64,000 nucleotides of DNA from an uncultured Gammaproteobacteria bacterium (GTDB taxonomy: Bacteria; Pseudomonadota; Gammaproteobacteria; DRLM01): the NCBI GenBank assembly GCA_963729605.1, contig CAVSNY010000006.1, forward strand, positions 1 to 64,000, written 5' to 3'. Positions 60,201-64,000 of the stretch are shown here, piece by piece. How positions within the stretch are numbered: position 1 is the stretch's first letter; the number at the start of each line of letters is the position of its first letter. The position numbers were made by a program, and so were the translations under genes. The notes under the pieces are model-generated. The model was not told the origin of the DNA. It was given only the letters and a program-made list of their open reading frames with translations, and searched no databases.

Positions 60201-62279
60201 ATGAAAAATAGCACTTATAGAACTCCCGTGATTCTCAGCTTCATTTTTAATGCTTTCGGGACCGCCGCTGTAGCAGTAGAAGATGATTTTTCACTCATGT
60301 ATGGCGATACGGAGTTCGTCACCATCGCGACAGGGGTACAACAAACCATAGCCCACGCCCCCGCCGTAGCCTCGGTCATTTCAGCAGAAAGTATTAAGGA
60401 AATCGGCGCCAGAGATCTTGACGAAATCCTGGAAACCATTCCGGGACTACACGTAGCAAGATCAAATCGTTTATATAACCCTGTATACACGATACGGGGA
60501 ATATATTCCGAAACGAATCCACAGATCCTGATTCTTATCAACGGCATCCCCATCACCAACATCTTTGCCGGCGACCGCAGTCAAGTTTGGGGAGGGATGC
60601 CGGTCAATAATATCGCCCGCATTGAAATCATCCGCGGCCCGGGCTCGGCGGTTTATGGCGCGGACGCCTTTTCAGGCGTCATCAACATCATCACCAAAGA
60701 CGCGAATAATATCGATGGCACCGAAATCGGTGCGCGGGTCGGTTCGTTTGATACAAAAGAGACTTGGCTACAATACGGCGGCGAACACAACGGTTTAAGC
60801 ACCGCCTTCTCTTTTGAATATGGAGTGACCGACGGCCAGCGGGAAACTGTTCAAGCCGACGCTCAAACCGGCCTGGATGGCTTATTCGCAACGAGCGCCT
60901 CGCTGGCCCCCGGCCCAGTGAACTTGGGACGAAAATATTTGGATACCCGCGTTGACTTAAGCATCACCGCTTGGCGGCTGCGCCTGGGTTATCAAGGTCG
61001 GCGCGATGTGGAAACCGGGGCTGGCGTGGCGCAAGCGCTCGATCCCGTCGGCGACAATCAAAGCGATCGGTTCAACGCGGACCTCACCTACCGCTTTACG
61101 CGCGTGGAGAATTGGGACACCAGCATCGAACTGAGTTATTTCGACACCAGCGCCCGTTCCGAGCTGGTGTTGTTTCCACCCGGCGCCTTCGGCGGGGCGT
61201 TTCCGGAAGGGCTGATCGGCAATCCGAACGTCTATGAGCGGCATACCCGCTTTGGGATATCCAGCTTTTATACGGGCTGGGAGAAACACCGGATTCGTTT
61301 GGGCGCCGGTTACAATTTCAGCGATCTATACAAAGTTACAGAAAGCAGAAATTATTTTTTCGCGCCGGGCGGCATCCCCGTCCCCCTGGGTAGCGTCGTT
61401 GACGTTAGCGATTCAGCCGCCTTTGTGCGAGAGGAAGACCGCAAAATAACCTATCTATTCGTTCAAGATGAATGGATGTTCGCGCGGGATTGGAGTCTCA
61501 CCGCCGGAATAAGATACGACAATTATTCGGACTTCGGCGACACCATCAATCCGCGTGCGGCCATCGTCTGGCAAACGTCCTTCGACCTCACTAGCAAATT
61601 TTTGTACGGCCGCGCCTTTCGTGCGCCCTCGTTTGCCGAACTTTACAACATCAACAATCCTGTCGCGCTGGGCAACGCCAATCTCGAGCCGGAAACCATC
61701 GACACCATAGAACTCGCCTTCGATTATCAAATATCCGGCAAGGCGCGCACCGGATTAAATCTCTTTTATTACCAGATGCGAGACATCATTCGCCCCATCA
61801 ATGACCCCGCCCCCGCCACTACCGTAACGGCGCAAAACAGTGGACGCCAGTCCGGTTACGGGCTGGAATGGGAAGTGAACTGGAGTATCACCAACACTGT
61901 ACGTCTCATCGGCAATTATGCGCTGCAACGTTCGGAAGACGACAACACCGGCTCGGATTCCGGCAACGCGCCGCATCATAAAATTTATACCCGCGTCAAC
62001 TGGCGCCCGTTAAACAACTGGAATATCAGCCCGCAGATCACCTGGGTTGGCGAACGCCAGCGGGTCTCCGCCGACTCGCGGCCTCCGGTGGACGACTACC
62101 TCACCATCGATCTAACCGTTCGCCGCACCCAGGATATTAATAAGTTCGCGCTGGCCGGTTCGATCCGTAATCTGCTGGATGAAGATGGATACGAACCCAG
62201 CCTTAGCCCTGGTCAAATTCCCAATGATCTGCCCATGGCGGGACGAAATTTCTATGTCGAGGCACAATATTTTTTCTAA
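60201..62279 (+). CDS. TonB-dependent outer membrane receptor
   Basis: Signal peptide, plug motifs (APA..SVI, IRG, RIEIIRGPGSAVYGADAFSGVINIIT), FRAPS..ELY, GRNFY, C-terminal F. Confidence 0.95.
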   Translation: MKNSTYRTPVILSFIFNAFGTAAVAVEDDFSLMYGDTEFVTIATGVQQTIAHAPAVASVISAESIKEIGARDLDEILETIPGLHVARSNRLYNPVYTIRGIYSETNPQILILINGIPITNIFAGDRSQVWGGMPVNNIARIEIIRGPGSAVYGADAFSGVINIITKDANNIDGTEIGARVGSFDTKETWLQYGGEHNGLSTAFSFEYGVTDGQRETVQADAQTGLDGLFATSASLAPGPVNLGRKYLDTRVDLSITAWRLRLGYQGRRDVETGAGVAQALDPVGDNQSDRFNADLTYRFTRVENWDTSIELSYFDTSARSELVLFPPGAFGGAFPEGLIGNPNVYERHTRFGISSFYTGWEKHRIRLGAGYNFSDLYKVTESRNYFFAPGGIPVPLGSVVDVSDSAAFVREEDRKITYLFVQDEWMFARDWSLTAGIRYDNYSDFGDTINPRAAIVWQTSFDLTSKFLYGRAFRAPSFAELYNINNPVALGNANLEPETIDTIELAFDYQISGKARTGLNLFYYQMRDIIRPINDPAPATTVTAQNSGRQSGYGLEWEVNWSITNTVRLIGNYALQRSEDDNTGSDSGNAPHHKIYTRVNWRPLNNWNISPQITWVGERQRVSADSRPPVDDYLTIDLTVRRTQDINKFALAGSIRNLLDEDGYEPSLSPGQIPNDLPMAGRNFYVEAQYFF

Positions 62280-62314
62280 GCCGCGCAACACGGACTAAGA
62301 AACATTTTTCCGAT

Positions 62315-63949
62315 TCATATCCGGCCCGCTTGATTTCCATCCACCGCGCGCGGCAGTAAACCTCCCGTCAGCAAAATACCTTTTACTGGGAGAGGTATCC
62401 TCACTGAAAAAACCGACCCCTGTTGGGGCACGCTTTTTACCGTGATGGTCGCCCCCAACAGATGACACAGTCTTTGGGTGATGCTCAGGCCCAACCCGGT
62501 CCCGCCATACTCGCGGGTCGTACTCATATCCGCCTGGCGGAATTCTTCGAAAATATGGGCCTGCTGATCTTCAGACATACCGATTCCGGTGTCGGAGACC
62601 ACGATCACCAGCAATTCTTTGGCGATACTCACCGATATTTCGATGTGGCCGCACTTGGTAAATTTGCTGGCATTGCTCAACAAATTCAGTAAAATTTGCC
62701 GAAGCTTCTGCGCGTCGATCAATACCATATCCTGCTCGCCTTCAACCCGCACCGAAAGTTGATTGTCGTTTTTCTTGACGAGCACCCGCACCGTATCCAC
62801 CGCCTCGGCGACCAACTCCCGTATGTCGGTTGCCTCAAGCCAAACATCCATCCGACCGGCTTCGATTTTCGCAAGATCCAAGATGGTGTTGATCATCACC
62901 AGCAGATGATTGGCGGCGCTATGCACCCGCCGCAGGTCGGTCACCACCTCGTCATTGCCTTCAATTTCCATCTCTTCGATCACCATCTCCGAATAACCGA
63001 TGATGGCATTGAGCGGGGTGCGCAGCTCATGGCTCATGTTCGCCAAGAATTCCGATTTGTGCCGACTGGCCAGCAGCGCCTCGTCGCGTGCCTCCACCAA
63101 TTCGCGGGTGCGCGAAGACACCAAGGCTTCCAGATTATCGTTTTGCTCGCGCAACTGCCGATCCCGCTCTTCGAGCGCGGCGATCATTTTATTGAAGACG
63201 CGCGCGATGGTTCTAACCTCGGCGGGACCTTCAATCAACGCACGGGAATGACCTTCGCCTTCTCCGGTTTTGCGCATCACCACCGCAAGGGCCTGCAGGG
63301 GCGAGGTGGCGCGGTTGACGATGCTGCGCAACAGCAAAAGCAACACTGCGGCGAAGACCAACGCAACGATGATGTTGTTTATGAAAATAGTCGCTTGAGT
63401 CTTGCGCAACTCGGCCTTGCTGACCGCGACATGTACGAAACCCAATTGTTCGACCCGCGGATCTTGCAGGTGAAATTGTGACTCTATCCCTTCTCCGCCC
63501 TCCGGCCGGGAATACACCGGCGCGAGAAAATGCAGAGATGAGCCGGTTTCCTCCATCAAGGATGCTTTATTAGGGGGGTCGGTCGCCGTCATTACCTCCA
63601 GCGCAGGCGCCCAATCCACCGTTTCTCCCTGTTTCAGTAAAAGGCTATGCTCCATATTATAAATAGAGACGTAGCGGACATTGGGAAAGGCCAGCGTCGC
63701 TTTGGCGGAATCGGCGGCATTCTCCTGAGAGGAAAGCAACAGCGCCAACACGCTTTGCGTCGCGAAATTATCGGTGATTTGCACGCCCTCCCGCACCAGC
63801 GATTCGCGCATATTCATGCTCTGCAAAACCGCGGTCGCCAGCGAGGCCAACAATGCCATGCAGGCGACACCCAGCGACACGGTGTATAAAAGTTGTTTGC
63901 GGAAACTCCACGACGGCGGCAATAGACGATCAAGGATATCCATGCTCAT
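62315..63949 (-). CDS. Membrane sensor histidine kinase (periplasmic domain, HAMP, HisKA, HATPase)
   Basis: [41 protein letters not shown]. Confidence 0.95.
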   Translation of the reverse strand: MSMDILDRLLPPSWSFRKQLLYTVSLGVACMALLASLATAVLQSMNMRESLVREGVQITDNFATQSVLALLLSSQENAADSAKATLAFPNVRYVSIYNMEHSLLLKQGETVDWAPALEVMTATDPPNKASLMEETGSSLHFLAPVYSRPEGGEGIESQFHLQDPRVEQLGFVHVAVSKAELRKTQATIFINNIIVALVFAAVLLLLLRSIVNRATSPLQALAVVMRKTGEGEGHSRALIEGPAEVRTIARVFNKMIAALEERDRQLREQNDNLEALVSSRTRELVEARDEALLASRHKSEFLANMSHELRTPLNAIIGYSEMVIEEMEIEGNDEVVTDLRRVHSAANHLLVMINTILDLAKIEAGRMDVWLEATDIRELVAEAVDTVRVLVKKNDNQLSVRVEGEQDMVLIDAQKLRQILLNLLSNASKFTKCGHIEISVSIAKELLVIVVSDTGIGMSEDQQAHIFEEFRQADMSTTREYGGTGLGLSITQRLCHLLGATITVKSVPQQGSVFSVRIPLPVKGILLTGGLLPRAVDGNQAGRI

Positions 63950-63952
63950 CTA

Positions 63953-64000
63953 TTATGGCGCCGGAAAAACAAGCGCGAACTCGCGCTGCTGTTCAATGGA
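63953..64000 (-). CDS. 3' end of an upstream gene (possibly a periplasmic binding-type protein)
   Basis: Open frame ...SIEQQREFALVFPAP* ending 3 nt before the kinase ATG; too short to assign. Confidence 0.4.
   Translation of the reverse strand, partial: SIEQQREFALVFPAP

Overview
GC-rich proteobacterial chromosome segment, probably from a gammaproteobacterium. In order it holds: a partial AI-2E permease; a TetR-regulated RND efflux operon with a clear AcrR-type operator; several c-di-GMP enzymes; a co-oriented lipase / GH46-like peptidoglycan-binding hydrolase / DUF4157 toxin-like cassette, the last gene split by one in-frame stop; two copies of a ~140-150 bp IS5-like MITE; a decayed cupredoxin gene with a putative Fur box; tRNA-Arg(CCT); a NERD nuclease; and an orphan AddA. 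Next comes a decaying defence islet bordered by a tRNA-Val 3' fragment (Fic'/SNF2' fusion scar, MNT-HEPN', intact IetAS, and a ruined type III Mod with a 9-bp repeat expansion). Housekeeping genes follow (trmH-like, dsbC, xerD, ogt, rplS-trmD-rimM-rpsP, ffh, ypjD/corC-like), then a complete Wsp-type chemosensory operon with a heme-c MCP and a two-HPt kinase. The best candidate for an undescribed system is the final cluster: REC-REC-PAS-GGDEF-EAL, a ThDP enzyme with an Arg-rich insert, two catalytically divergent citrate-synthase-fold proteins and a TonB-dependent receptor, facing a sensor kinase. It looks like a small-molecule synthesis, uptake and sensing module tied to c-di-GMP. All family calls come from motif recognition by eye; no searches were run.
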